Counted from the stretch's first letter, positions 26,994 to 36,254 are shown. The stretch is 39,163 nucleotides of DNA from a virus (IMGVR_UViG_3300022670_001835:1-39163); one strand, 5' to 3'. Numbers and translations are program-made. Notes: generated by a model from the letters alone, not told the origin.

Positions 26994-27175
26994 TTATGTC
27001 TCCATTTGTTAAGTGATTTATTGGCTATACTACTACCTATGGTAATTGACATGAAAGCCCAGATATGACTTGGGTCTAGTGTGAAGTTTATGGATTCAGT
27101 TCCGATTAATACAAGTAAGAGAAACCCCCCGATAGTTCCTACAAGAGGTAAGAGTTGAGATATTTTTAGTTTCAT
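26990..27175 (-). CDS. Small two-TM membrane protein (61 aa, holin-like)
   Basis: Two hydrophobic segments and a basic C-terminus. Confidence 0.55.
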   Translation of the reverse strand: MKLKISQLLPLVGTIGGFLLLVLIGTESINFTLDPSHIWAFMSITIGSSIANKSLNKWRHN

Positions 27176-27546
27176 GTTTTTGAAGAATTATTACAATAGA
27201 TAAACATAGCTAATTATGGTGCTGTTCGATTGATGGGACATAATTCTCTGTGTTTTGGGTCGGGACATGAGTACTCAAAAAGGTTCAGGTTTGAAATAGT
27301 GTTTATGACAATAATCACAAACTATTTGATTTTTTCTTTTGGTTCTTTTTCTTACATGACCATATCCACTTCTATTTACAAAGAACTGAAGTATTCTTTT
27401 TTGCCATTCATTTGTACTGAGTTTCACAATATTTTCAAAGCAATCTAGTATATAAATACGCAAGTTATGACGTAATACCTAGCTATTAAGCTCATTTTTA
27501 CTAACTTGAATGCCAAATATTATATAATATAATTAATTATTATTTA

Positions 27547-27888
27547 ATGATTATGAGTACAAGACAAACAAAAAGTGAGGGTGTGGGGATGCTTCCATTA
27601 AGCAGAATCTTTACTATCCCATCAGCATCAAGAGTGTTGGATTTCTTATTGACAAATCAGGATTTTGATTATTCTGAATCTGACCTTGCAAGATTAACAA
27701 GTATTTCACCTAGAAGTATTCAAAGAACACTCCCATACCTACTTGATGAACATTTGATAATCCGTACTGGAAAAAGTGGAAAAGCTTTCATGTATAAAGC
27801 TGATCTTGGTTCTTCTAGAACTAATGCACTTTTAGAATATATTAAATCAACACAAAAAGAAATACTTCAACAACAAAGACCAGCATAA
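27547..27888 (+). CDS. Winged-helix transcriptional regulator, archaeal type (113 aa)
   Basis: 'SRVLDFLLTNQDFDYSESDLARLTSISPRSIQRTLPYLLDEHLIIRTGKSGKAFMY'. Confidence 0.8.
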   Translation: MIMSTRQTKSEGVGMLPLSRIFTIPSASRVLDFLLTNQDFDYSESDLARLTSISPRSIQRTLPYLLDEHLIIRTGKSGKAFMYKADLGSSRTNALLEYIKSTQKEILQQQRPA

Positions 27889-27894
27889 ATTCAA

Positions 27895-28019
27895 ACTTTC
27901 TTTTTTAATTCTGTTTTTAATGCTTCAGTTAAAAAATTGGCAGTAGTCATTCCACGATTTATCGCTTCTATTTTTGCTCGTTTCCAAACATCTTCGTCTA
28001 TCTTAATTGAGGTTACGAG
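27895..28019 (-). pseudogene. 5'-truncated ribbon-helix-helix gene
   Basis: Minus-strand translation LVTSIKIDEDVWKRAKIEAINRGMTTANFLTEALKTELKK, preceded by in-frame stops and no start codon. Confidence 0.6.
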
Positions 28020-28167
28020 AGTTTACTATAATTTCACAAAAAAACATGGAGGTCTAAATGGTGATACACCAGCCGATAGATCAGGCATTCTCATACAAGG
28101 AAATAACAAATGGTTAACAATAATTCAGAATGCTAGTAAGAAGCAAAAAAAGATTATGGATTTTTAA
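28018..28167 (+). pseudogene. C-terminal remnant of a DDE (IS6-like) transposase
   Basis: RVYYNFTKKHGGLNGDTPADRSGILIQGNNKWLTIIQNAS matches the YN..R.H..L.G.TPA tail of DDE transposases, and the 'G.NKW.T.IQNA' ending is recalled from thaumarchaeal ones. Confidence 0.75.
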
Positions 28168-28480
28168 ACTTCTCTTGTATTTCTTCGGGAGATAAAATAG
28201 TACCAAATAACATTTCATATCTTTTTAACTCTCTATCAAATAACAATGCCCAACTCTTTAGATTTACTGGTGATAAATTTATCGTGCATTCAATTTCTCT
28301 ATTTATTGTTGTTTTAGATACTTTGATTTTATCTCCTGTTACCGCATTTGAAAGGTTTAGTGAATCATGTAGAATAGTTAATTTTAATCCATCATAAGTT
28401 AGATTTGCAACTTGAGCAGTTACGCTAATTTCTTTAAATGTCTCGCTTTGAGTAACTTGAATATCTGGTGTTTCAGACAT
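28154..28480 (-). CDS. Hypothetical protein (108 aa)
   Basis: Clean ORF with a TATA-like box upstream; C-terminal 'YEMLFGTI' is reminiscent of DUF3467-like proteins. Confidence 0.65.
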   Translation of the reverse strand: MSETPDIQVTQSETFKEISVTAQVANLTYDGLKLTILHDSLNLSNAVTGDKIKVSKTTINREIECTINLSPVNLKSWALLFDRELKRYEMLFGTILSPEEIQEKFKNP

Positions 28481-28583
28481 AATACTTTTTTATAAAAACT
28501 GTATATAACCTTTCGAATCCAAAATGCTTCAAATCACTCTACACTTAACAGATAGAATTATCACTTGATAACTTAACAGAACC

Positions 28584-28922
28584 CTAGTAAACAAATACTA
28601 AAACATATGCAATAATTGTAATCACAATTCCAACAATGCCTATTATTGTACTATTCTTAAAGTGGTTAGAGTGGTATGCAAAATAGTTTTTTTGCCTACA
28701 TTCACGATAAAAGAAGGTTGCACCCATAGCAAGTAATCCATAAGATAGTGCAGAGGAGTATTCAAACATAATAAATGCAATTATCCAAAGTGGAGTCAGA
28801 AGGTGATAATGCTCAATTACTTCATAGCCTTTTTCTATCTTTTTGTGATCAACGTCAAACCATACTCTATCAAGGACGGTAACTATGATGAATCCTATAA
28901 ATGCAGATAGAAATGATTCCAA
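28584..28922 (-). CDS. Multi-pass membrane protein (112 aa, TTG start)
   Basis: About four hydrophobic helices; EHYH motif. Confidence 0.7.
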   Translation of the reverse strand: MESFLSAFIGFIIVTVLDRVWFDVDHKKIEKGYEVIEHYHLLTPLWIIAFIMFEYSSALSYGLLAMGATFFYRECRQKNYFAYHSNHFKNSTIIGIVGIVITIIAYVLVFVY

Positions 28923-28955
28923 TAATTATGATGAATTGTATAAGGTATAAAAGTA

Positions 28956-29243
28956 TTAGTTTGCCATGTGTTTACTTTTATTATTTATGTCAAAGTGATT
29001 TATGACTAGGTCAATTTTTGATTCTAACGCGGTGGTTCTATTTTCTATGCCATTCATTGTGTTTTTTAATATTTCATAATTTGTAGAATCAAGTTTATCT
29101 TGATCAGATACTTCATTGATTTTTTGTTGCATTAATGTGAAACATTTTTCTTTCTTCCAAAAATATCGAATTACAAATATTATGCCCCCAATAGATGGGA
29201 TTAGTACACCAATTATTATTTCTGGTAGTAGTGTGTCTATCAT
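28956..29243 (-). CDS. Single-TM coiled-coil protein (95 aa, holin/hemolysin-like)
   Basis: N-terminal TM helix followed by heptad repeats 'IENRTTALESKIDLVI'. Confidence 0.6.
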   Translation of the reverse strand: MIDTLLPEIIIGVLIPSIGGIIFVIRYFWKKEKCFTLMQQKINEVSDQDKLDSTNYEILKNTMNGIENRTTALESKIDLVINHFDINNKSKHMAN

Positions 29244-29246
29244 TAG

Positions 29247-30815
29247 TTACACTCCTAAACTATATGATATGTTTGCCTGTGATACAGCAATATTAGCGGT
29301 TCCATCAAAGTTCACCACAGCAAGGTCACAGGTATCCAACTCTGCAAGAGTAAAGTCTCTTGTTGCTGATATTTGAATAATACCAGAATTTACAGAATGT
29401 GGTATCTCAAATGTATCTAAAAGTGTAAGAGATCCATTCTTGACTAGCAATAACCCGATATCAGTAGCCCCACCACCCACTTTTTCAATTAGTGCGGAAA
29501 ATGTGATAGGATATTTTTTAGTAGCTTTTGTAAGATTTGTTATTTGACCTGCGGTAGTTGCAGTAGCTCTCTCTAATCCATCAGATAGATATTGTGCCCC
29601 GCCAATTATTACAGGCACATCTTGTGATATTATAGTAACTTCAATTGCTGCTGCAATATTTGTAAACCCAACTTGTGCACTAGCCATTGAATTCGGTCTT
29701 GCTCCATTACTGTTTGCAATTACTATTGGGGTTGTTTGGTCTAATCCACCACTAGTAGTATCAAAATAATCAGTAGATACTTCATTGTCAGGAGTATCTT
29801 TTATGGATATTTTTGCATTGACTAGAGACCCATCTAATCTTATTGGGTATTGAAGGGGGTCACTTAGATTTAATTTTGAATTACTAATTAGTATATCTTT
29901 AATTTTTGAGCCTATAAATTTTAACATTGCAGGAGTACCTCCAGCATAAAACACTGATTGTATTAGTGATTCATTTAATGTTGTACTAGTACAATCTTCA
30001 AATGTAAAACCTTCATTTAACGGGAAAAGTTGTCCTCTACTACCTACACTAGATTTTGCGTTTCTTATTGTACCTAATGATAAAAATCCTACTGCAAGAA
30101 ATGAGTCATATGAGAATAATGTATCAATTTCTTCTGATGCATCAACATCAAATAAGTTTGGTGCTGTAGTATCACATTTAACTGACATGAAATCAAGACC
30201 AAGCCCATTAAATCCTGTATTAAAGAAACCCGTTGCATCTGAGAAAAATGGTAATTCTACATCTAATTCATCAGAAACAGTCTCGGCATTTGAGATTAAT
30301 AATCTTGAATTAATATCGTCGTATTCATCTATACCTGTACCTGAAATGTTAATGTGTTGACCATTGAATAAACCATGTGGAGCAGACAATTTAAGTCGGA
30401 TGAATCCTGTTGTTGGTTCTGAAATTGATAGTATAATACCAGATATGTGTAGTGTATTGAATAATGATTTTCCAGCCATATTTGTAGCCAGAAAATTACT
30501 ATTTACGGGTGGGTTACTACTTCTAATAAATCCGTTATACCCTGCAGGGATTATGATTGGAAATTCATCTAGGACTATTGGTTCAACAACATAATACCCT
30601 TTGTACTCTAATGTTCTAAATCCATTAATTACTGGTGGCATCTGTGATATATCATCTATAACTTTAATCCCACCACCATGAGCTAGATTTGCTAATTCAT
30701 TTTCGATGTTTCTTTTCGTTAATCCTAATTCATTATCAAATATTCCTTTAGATTTAGTTGTAATTTTTTCTTGGAGTAATTCCGATATGGATGTAGTGAT
30801 GAAATCGTTGGTCAT
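29247..30815 (-). CDS. Putative virion fibre/spike protein (522 aa)
   Basis: Beta-rich; 'APHGLFNGQHINISGTG' module typical of phage structural proteins; C-terminal C1q/BclA-like beta sandwich. Confidence 0.5.
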   Translation of the reverse strand: MTNDFITTSISELLQEKITTKSKGIFDNELGLTKRNIENELANLAHGGGIKVIDDISQMPPVINGFRTLEYKGYYVVEPIVLDEFPIIIPAGYNGFIRSSNPPVNSNFLATNMAGKSLFNTLHISGIILSISEPTTGFIRLKLSAPHGLFNGQHINISGTGIDEYDDINSRLLISNAETVSDELDVELPFFSDATGFFNTGFNGLGLDFMSVKCDTTAPNLFDVDASEEIDTLFSYDSFLAVGFLSLGTIRNAKSSVGSRGQLFPLNEGFTFEDCTSTTLNESLIQSVFYAGGTPAMLKFIGSKIKDILISNSKLNLSDPLQYPIRLDGSLVNAKISIKDTPDNEVSTDYFDTTSGGLDQTTPIVIANSNGARPNSMASAQVGFTNIAAAIEVTIISQDVPVIIGGAQYLSDGLERATATTAGQITNLTKATKKYPITFSALIEKVGGGATDIGLLLVKNGSLTLLDTFEIPHSVNSGIIQISATRDFTLAELDTCDLAVVNFDGTANIAVSQANISYSLGV

Positions 30816-30824
30816 GATATATTA

Positions 30825-33113
30825 CTAGTTTTTCACCTCGATTACTTTTAATTCTTCTTGAGGTAATGGATTCAAAAATTCACTAGGGTTATTTTGATTA
30901 TTGAAGTTTGTAGTTATGCGGTCTTGTAATAGTTCTACATTAGGCATATGTATTTCATCTATTTTTCCTTCATAACTATTTTGAGTTAATGGCCAATCCC
31001 CACCGATACCAAGTAATCCACCTGGATTTGACCCGTCAATTGTATTTGTAAGTATTGCATCAACGTATACTTTTGTAGTAGTACCATTATGAGAAAGTAC
31101 AACCTGATGAAATTTATCAGTAGCATTAATTCCTGTATCATGCCAAATATTATTCGAAAAAGCCCAAAAATTATCGTTAACTCTAACTGCTATTATTGTT
31201 CTATCAGTCTGAAAGTCAATCATGAATACACTAGTGCTACTACCTTCTTTAATTCCCCATACAGATATCGTCCAATTGTTTGGATTTTCAAATATAGATG
31301 TTGGTCGTATTTCATCATTATTTCCATCAAAAAATAACCCTCTACCAACCTTCCCTTCTGTATCTATTGCATTAAACACATTACCATCATTTCCATTGAT
31401 TGTAGAATCTTTAACTTGATTACCAACAAGGTTCATGTGATAAACTAGATTATAATCATCACCCCATACAGCACTTTTATTTTGTGCATCTACTGCGTTT
31501 GGATTATCAGCGTAAATGTATATAATATCACCATCAGAGAGTAATGGTTTTTTTGCCCATGCAACTATTGTTCCAGTTGTATTGTCAAACTCTGTAATTT
31601 CATACTCTAATGGTATTCTGTCAATTCCTACAAATCTTATTTCTGCTTTTGTCTTGCCAATTAGTTCAGTGTATGTGCCACTAATTAATAACGGAAAATC
31701 AGTCTGTGGTGATGGTACTTTTCCATCATTAACTTTTAGTGGGATTCTAAACTTCCAGTCGGCATCAAACCAATATGGATGATTTACTAGAATAGTTGGA
31801 GTGTCTTTTGTGAGTAATGGTGAATTTTCTGTTAGTAGTGTTTCACCTGATGTGATTACAGTTGAGCCATTAGTAGCTGATGGATTTCCAAAGCTAAGGT
31901 GGAAAAAGTCAAAGTCTTTACCGTTTGGAATTGTTACATCTACTGTAAATTTCCCAGTTATTGTATCCACGGATATTACATTGTATAATAACTCAGTGCT
32001 AGGTATATGTAATTCTGTTATTTTATTTTGTGTTCTTCCCGATAACCAAATTCTTGATTCATCATCAGAGATTGTAATTCCTCTAATGCTAGAATCAACA
32101 CTGGTTAAATCAACAGATGATTCAGGTAATTTATTTACTATAGGTATGACATAATTTTCATCAAGTTCATATTTTGAGATTTGATTGGGTGAATCTGAAA
32201 CGATATACATGTGATTTCCATTATCACTTGTTCTCACATTACCATTCGTGCTAATAATTGGTGGATTATATGGGAAAATTCTATCTGGTGCAGTAAATGG
32301 TGCAGGGAAAGTGTATGGTGGTACTTGCCATTGTACAATTTGACCTAAATCAATTATCATTGCATTAAAAAATTTACCATCATTTGTAAATTCACAGGAT
32401 GCAACAGTGCCAAGAAATGACATATCAAAAGAAGCGACTAAAGTATCTCCGCCTTTTAGGGTGTAAGGTGTGGTGAGTGTGGATAATTCTGCGGTGTTTT
32501 GTGAAACACCACAAATCATAAAGTAATTACCATCTTTTGAAATCCAAATGTCACGACCATTTGCTTCTGATGGGTTGGTGACATGTTCAGGAGCAGTACC
32601 ATCATTTGGAAATGTTCCAGGAATAATTGTAGGATCAAAACCCAAAATGCCCCATTCTTTTAGAAATGGTCCGTTATCTTCCCATCCAAAAAAGTGAAGT
32701 AAATCATGTGACATTTGAAATACGTTATAAGTTTCAGCCCCTAGCGGAGAAAATGAATTATCTACAGCTACAGCCCCTTGTAAATCTCGTTCTTCTCCGT
32801 GAAATGCTCTAATATCAAAGCCTGAGGGTTCTAAGAATTTACCAGAACCTATTGTATCTTCGATTCTTATTATTACATCACCATTTGGTTGTATAATTTG
32901 TCCTTTGCTAATTTGATAGAATTTGTAATTGTTGTAATCTATATTTCCATGGGACGGATATGTTACTTTGAGTAGATTTTCTATTACTGGTTCAGGTGGT
33001 ATTACTTCACCGCCTTCATATCCTTGTGGAGGAACAAACTCATTTAGATGTTCGAGAATAGTTTGTGCATTACCATAACTACCATCTGGTCGCTCATAAT
33101 GTAATCTTGTCAT
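30825..33113 (-). CDS. Adhesin-like protein with beta-propeller, DUF2341 and LamG/ConA domains (762 aa)
   Basis: 'WFDADWKFRIPLKV...TDFPLLI...EIRF...LEYEI...AWAK.P...IYIY.DNP...VW...Y.LVYHMN' is DUF2341; 'GKVGRGLFFDG...WTISVW...YEGKIDEI' is LamG. Confidence 0.75.
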   Translation of the reverse strand: MTRLHYERPDGSYGNAQTILEHLNEFVPPQGYEGGEVIPPEPVIENLLKVTYPSHGNIDYNNYKFYQISKGQIIQPNGDVIIRIEDTIGSGKFLEPSGFDIRAFHGEERDLQGAVAVDNSFSPLGAETYNVFQMSHDLLHFFGWEDNGPFLKEWGILGFDPTIIPGTFPNDGTAPEHVTNPSEANGRDIWISKDGNYFMICGVSQNTAELSTLTTPYTLKGGDTLVASFDMSFLGTVASCEFTNDGKFFNAMIIDLGQIVQWQVPPYTFPAPFTAPDRIFPYNPPIISTNGNVRTSDNGNHMYIVSDSPNQISKYELDENYVIPIVNKLPESSVDLTSVDSSIRGITISDDESRIWLSGRTQNKITELHIPSTELLYNVISVDTITGKFTVDVTIPNGKDFDFFHLSFGNPSATNGSTVITSGETLLTENSPLLTKDTPTILVNHPYWFDADWKFRIPLKVNDGKVPSPQTDFPLLISGTYTELIGKTKAEIRFVGIDRIPLEYEITEFDNTTGTIVAWAKKPLLSDGDIIYIYADNPNAVDAQNKSAVWGDDYNLVYHMNLVGNQVKDSTINGNDGNVFNAIDTEGKVGRGLFFDGNNDEIRPTSIFENPNNWTISVWGIKEGSSTSVFMIDFQTDRTIIAVRVNDNFWAFSNNIWHDTGINATDKFHQVVLSHNGTTTKVYVDAILTNTIDGSNPGGLLGIGGDWPLTQNSYEGKIDEIHMPNVELLQDRITTNFNNQNNPSEFLNPLPQEELKVIEVKN

Positions 33114-33427
33114 TTCTCCAGAGATAGTGTGAATTGTAAGTTAGTTTGTGTAACATCACATTGAATATTAATTTCATCTCCTTTTGAAATAGGTATACTT
33201 CGATACATTACACCAATAAATTCTACATCAGAGTTTAGCACATAGGGAATACCATTTCTAATGATAGACACTTTGGATGTTTCAGTTAGATTAGCATTAA
33301 GATGGATAAATGTTTGGAGATTTTCAGGATAATCAGAAGGTAAAGTATAATTTCCCGATAGCCAGTCAGTTGTAGTATTTTTTCCACCACTAAACTTTTC
33401 TATTATTGAATATCCACTATTTCCCAT
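33110..33427 (-). CDS. Hypothetical beta-rich protein (105 aa)
   Basis: First gene of the adhesin operon; ATGA overlap with the next gene. Confidence 0.65.
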   Translation of the reverse strand: MGNSGYSIIEKFSGGKNTTTDWLSGNYTLPSDYPENLQTFIHLNANLTETSKVSIIRNGIPYVLNSDVEFIGVMYRSIPISKGDEINIQCDVTQTNLQFTLSLEK

Positions 33428-33468
33428 TTTACTGTATAGTCATTTCACTTGTTAAAAAGACTTGTTTT

Positions 33469-33480
33469 AATCTTGTTAAG
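33469..33480 (+). promoter_or_regulatory. AATCTTGTTAAG motif, copy 5
   Basis: Exact 12-mer upstream of the TTTTTAAC box of the adhesin operon. Confidence 0.6.
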
Positions 33481-33552
33481 ATGTTAGTTTGGATGAAATC
33501 TCATTTAGATAATGGAGAAGATAATACTATCTATTTAGTTACAGATTCAAAA

Positions 33553-34065
33553 TTAGAGGTATAATTTTCCTAACAAACAAGCAATCCCAACCTCTGATTG
33601 CGAATACCAGTTGTTTTTGTTTTCAAATAGTGTGGCACATTCTGATTCTCTAAGGTCAATTATAGAATGTTTACCATGATATCTCTGGATTAGTCTCTTT
33701 TGAACCAGATCAGCTTGTTGTAATACGGTACCTTTTTGATGTCTAGAATCTTGTACTCTAAATACTATCCAGTGATTTTTGTAAATTATCAATACATCAA
33801 CTGTCTCTTTTATTTGTCTCTGAGAAAATTCTTGTACTTCTTCTTTTGGAACTAGATATTTTAGGTGAATTTGGGCATATATTCTGACATTAGGTAATTT
33901 TTCTTTTAGTATTTCAACAAGTGTATTTTCTCCACGTCCTATTATGGTGCCTTTATCTTGAATAATATCATCTCTATGGCTTTTTCCCATGTGAATGATA
34001 AATCCTTTGATAATACAAGATGTGAAATTACATAAATTACAGGAAAATATCTCTATGTCATTCAT
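33553..34065 (-). CDS. C2H2 zinc finger fused to a DUF2726/Vsr-like nuclease fold (170 aa)
   Basis: CNLC...HMGKSH, then 'GENTLVEIL...IYAQIHL...TVDVLI...FRVQDSRH...ADLVQK'. Confidence 0.6.
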   Translation of the reverse strand: MNDIEIFSCNLCNFTSCIIKGFIIHMGKSHRDDIIQDKGTIIGRGENTLVEILKEKLPNVRIYAQIHLKYLVPKEEVQEFSQRQIKETVDVLIIYKNHWIVFRVQDSRHQKGTVLQQADLVQKRLIQRYHGKHSIIDLRESECATLFENKNNWYSQSEVGIACLLGKLYL

Positions 34066-34157
34066 TCTTCTCTCCCATATGTTGAATTTTTAATTTTTAA
34101 ATGCCATGTTTCATATTTTCAGTCCGCTCTTTTGGGATGTTTATAGAAATTTGTTCT

Positions 34158-34742
34158 CTAGGCATTAGTGAATGCCTCCAATGGTTGATTATTTAATTTT
34201 TCATCATTCCCCCAAGTGTCCCAATTATGTATTCTTGTTCTTGCAAAAAGTTCAATTCTTGGTAAGTCCCCGCAGAGTTGAACAATTTTCTGTCTTACAA
34301 TATCGGGTTTTTTGGAATGTTTTTGTATAGAACTGTGTATGATACTAGATATTTTATTATTGATTATTGTAGTTTTACCTTTTGTTGCAATTAAACAAAA
34401 CTCAGAATTAGATTTAGTGTAATGTCCCATACCAAAAAAACATTTAGCATTAGTAGGGTTGGTTTTAATCCAATTAAACCCAATAGTTTTGTATTTGAAT
34501 CCCCATGCTTTGATCACGTCTAGACATTCTTGAAGATTAGGCCATGTTCCCCATAAAAACAAAATACAATCATCATCTGTGATTTTTTGAATAGGTAATT
34601 TTTTAATTTCGTCTATATTTAATGTATCATAATGTTTGTTAGCTGTACTTCCCGAATCTTGTTTTTTATATAGAAAATATTCCCAAGGAGGATCTGCAAG
34701 AATAATCTTGTACTTTTTATTCGGGAAAGGTGTTATAGTCAT
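34158..34742 (-). CDS. MT-A70 family adenine methyltransferase (194 aa)
   Basis: IILADPPW, LFLW, WGFKYKT..F.W.K, HSKKP, RIELFAR, WDTWGN. Confidence 0.93.
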   Translation of the reverse strand: MTITPFPNKKYKIILADPPWEYFLYKKQDSGSTANKHYDTLNIDEIKKLPIQKITDDDCILFLWGTWPNLQECLDVIKAWGFKYKTIGFNWIKTNPTNAKCFFGMGHYTKSNSEFCLIATKGKTTIINNKISSIIHSSIQKHSKKPDIVRQKIVQLCGDLPRIELFARTRIHNWDTWGNDEKLNNQPLEAFTNA

Positions 34743-34812
34743 CTATGAACTGCCGCCATGGTTAAAATAACAGTCATATAATATTGAAAAATTCTGCACA
34801 TTTTACATGGTA

Positions 34813-35052
34813 TCATTTTCTTCTCAACACTCCTGCTCGAATAAAATTTGGTTTCTCTTTATCATCTCTTCTTCGATTTTTATTTAGACATATACTACAC
34901 AACCATCTAACTTCTTTACCAGATATTGGATATTTTTTTGCATCATCTCTAGGACATTGTGAGCATTTATGTTTTATAGTATGAAATTGTGATGGTAGTT
35001 TTACTTTTGTAGATGTTTGTATTCCTCCATGTGATGCTCTTTTAGGATTCAA
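34813..35052 (-). CDS. Zinc-finger protein (79 aa)
   Basis: CSQC...LCSIC; overlaps the MTase stop codon. Confidence 0.65.
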   Translation of the reverse strand: MNPKRASHGGIQTSTKVKLPSQFHTIKHKCSQCPRDDAKKYPISGKEVRWLCSICLNKNRRRDDKEKPNFIRAGVLRRK

Positions 35053-36254
35053 GATAATCTCTCCAAAATATATTCAATAACTGGAACTGTCACTGCATTT
35101 CCTAAACATTTGTATCTCTGTGTATCGCTCAGTCCTTTTGTATAATCATCTGGGAATCCTTGTAGTCTTTCACATTCGATAGGAGTTAATCTTCTGATTT
35201 TTTCACCATCAAAGATTCCGTGTTTGTCTTGAGCTGTTAACGTAAATGATTCATCACCATCTTCTTTGAAACGTCTTCCGTTTTGTCTTTTTTTGGGTCT
35301 GTCAGGAGTAAGAATAGGTATGGTAATTAATTTCTTACCACCAGTTAATGTAGGAGATAAGTCAGAAGAGTCATGTACACTTGTTCCCATTTCGTGGGTC
35401 ATTGTATCGTCAACATACTCTGTCATTATCTCGTCAAATTTATCATCAAAGTGTAATGCTTGTTTTAGTTCTAACCATTCTTCTTTGTTTGGTAATGCAC
35501 CTGATGAATCAGTTCTAAAGTAATGCTCTAACTGTGTTTTTTTAATTTTAGAGATTTCTGATAACTGTGATAATGTTATTGTTTTATTTTCTCCAATATA
35601 TTCTGCAATCTCTTTTTGATTTGGTTCTTCTTTTCTTCTTTGAAATTGAATTGGAAATGAACCTAATGATTTAATTTTTGGTTCTTTGATTTGTGGTTTG
35701 TGTCGTGAGCTAGTATTTCCTTCAATGCTTTCTCTGATAGGAAATACTTTTGGTCTGGGTGTTCCTCTAAGATATGATATAATGAAGATACGTTCCCTAT
35801 TTTGTGGAACAAAGTATTTACTATTGAGCACCTGCCATTCTGCATCGTACCCGATTTCATCCAGTGTTGCGAGAATGGTTGCAAAGGTTTTCCCTCTATC
35901 GTGAGATAATAATCCTTTAACGTTTTCAAGTAGCAATAGTCTAGGTCTTTTTTGTTCTGCAATCCTAGCAATTTCAAAAAACAACGTGCCTCTTGACTCT
36001 TCAAATCCGAGCCGTTTTCCAGCAATAGAGAAAGTTTGACAAGGGAATCCTGCACAGAGTAACTCAAAGTCTGGGAGTTCTGATGGTTTGATTTTTGTTG
36101 CGTCTTCATATATTGTGACTTTTGGAAAGTGTCTAGAGTAGATTGTTCTTGCATATTTATCAATTTCACAGGCTCCAATAATTTCATGTCCTTTTCTAAC
36201 AAGAGCTAAATCAAAACCCCCAATTCCTGAAAATAAAGATAGACATTTCATCAT
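35049..36254 (-). CDS. dcm: DNA (cytosine-5) methyltransferase with an inserted HTH-like domain (401 aa)
   Basis: Motifs I LFSGIGG, IV GFPCQ, VI ENVKG, VIII QNRER, IX RRLTPIECERLQGFP and X LGNAV. Confidence 0.95.
   Translation of the reverse strand: MMKCLSLFSGIGGFDLALVRKGHEIIGACEIDKYARTIYSRHFPKVTIYEDATKIKPSELPDFELLCAGFPCQTFSIAGKRLGFEESRGTLFFEIARIAEQKRPRLLLLENVKGLLSHDRGKTFATILATLDEIGYDAEWQVLNSKYFVPQNRERIFIISYLRGTPRPKVFPIRESIEGNTSSRHKPQIKEPKIKSLGSFPIQFQRRKEEPNQKEIAEYIGENKTITLSQLSEISKIKKTQLEHYFRTDSSGALPNKEEWLELKQALHFDDKFDEIMTEYVDDTMTHEMGTSVHDSSDLSPTLTGGKKLITIPILTPDRPKKRQNGRRFKEDGDESFTLTAQDKHGIFDGEKIRRLTPIECERLQGFPDDYTKGLSDTQRYKCLGNAVTVPVIEYILERLS
35663..36202 (-). CDS. Alternative-frame ORF nested in the C5 MTase (up to 179 aa)
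   Basis: Same strand, different frame; ends in 'SSLYHILEEHPDQKYFLSEKALKEIL', an MTase-associated L..ILE....KY.LS motif. Confidence 0.55.
   Translation of the reverse strand: MLEKDMKLLEPVKLINMQEQSTLDTFQKSQYMKTQQKSNHQNSQTLSYSVQDSLVKLSLLLENGSDLKSQEARCFLKLLGLQNKKDLDYCYLKTLKDYYLTIEGKPLQPFSQHWMKSGTMQNGRCSIVNTLFHKIGNVSSLYHILEEHPDQKYFLSEKALKEILAHDTNHKSKNQKLNH

Noticed and set aside
27230-27463. Overlapping 72-aa (+) and 62-aa (-) ORFs; possibly a frameshifted zinc finger (CDYC...H)
   Set aside because: Too weak to call; the motif is incomplete and needs a frameshift.
27937-28167. 76-aa ORF as a genuine gene
   Set aside because: It is a chimera of antisense RHH sequence and a transposase tail.
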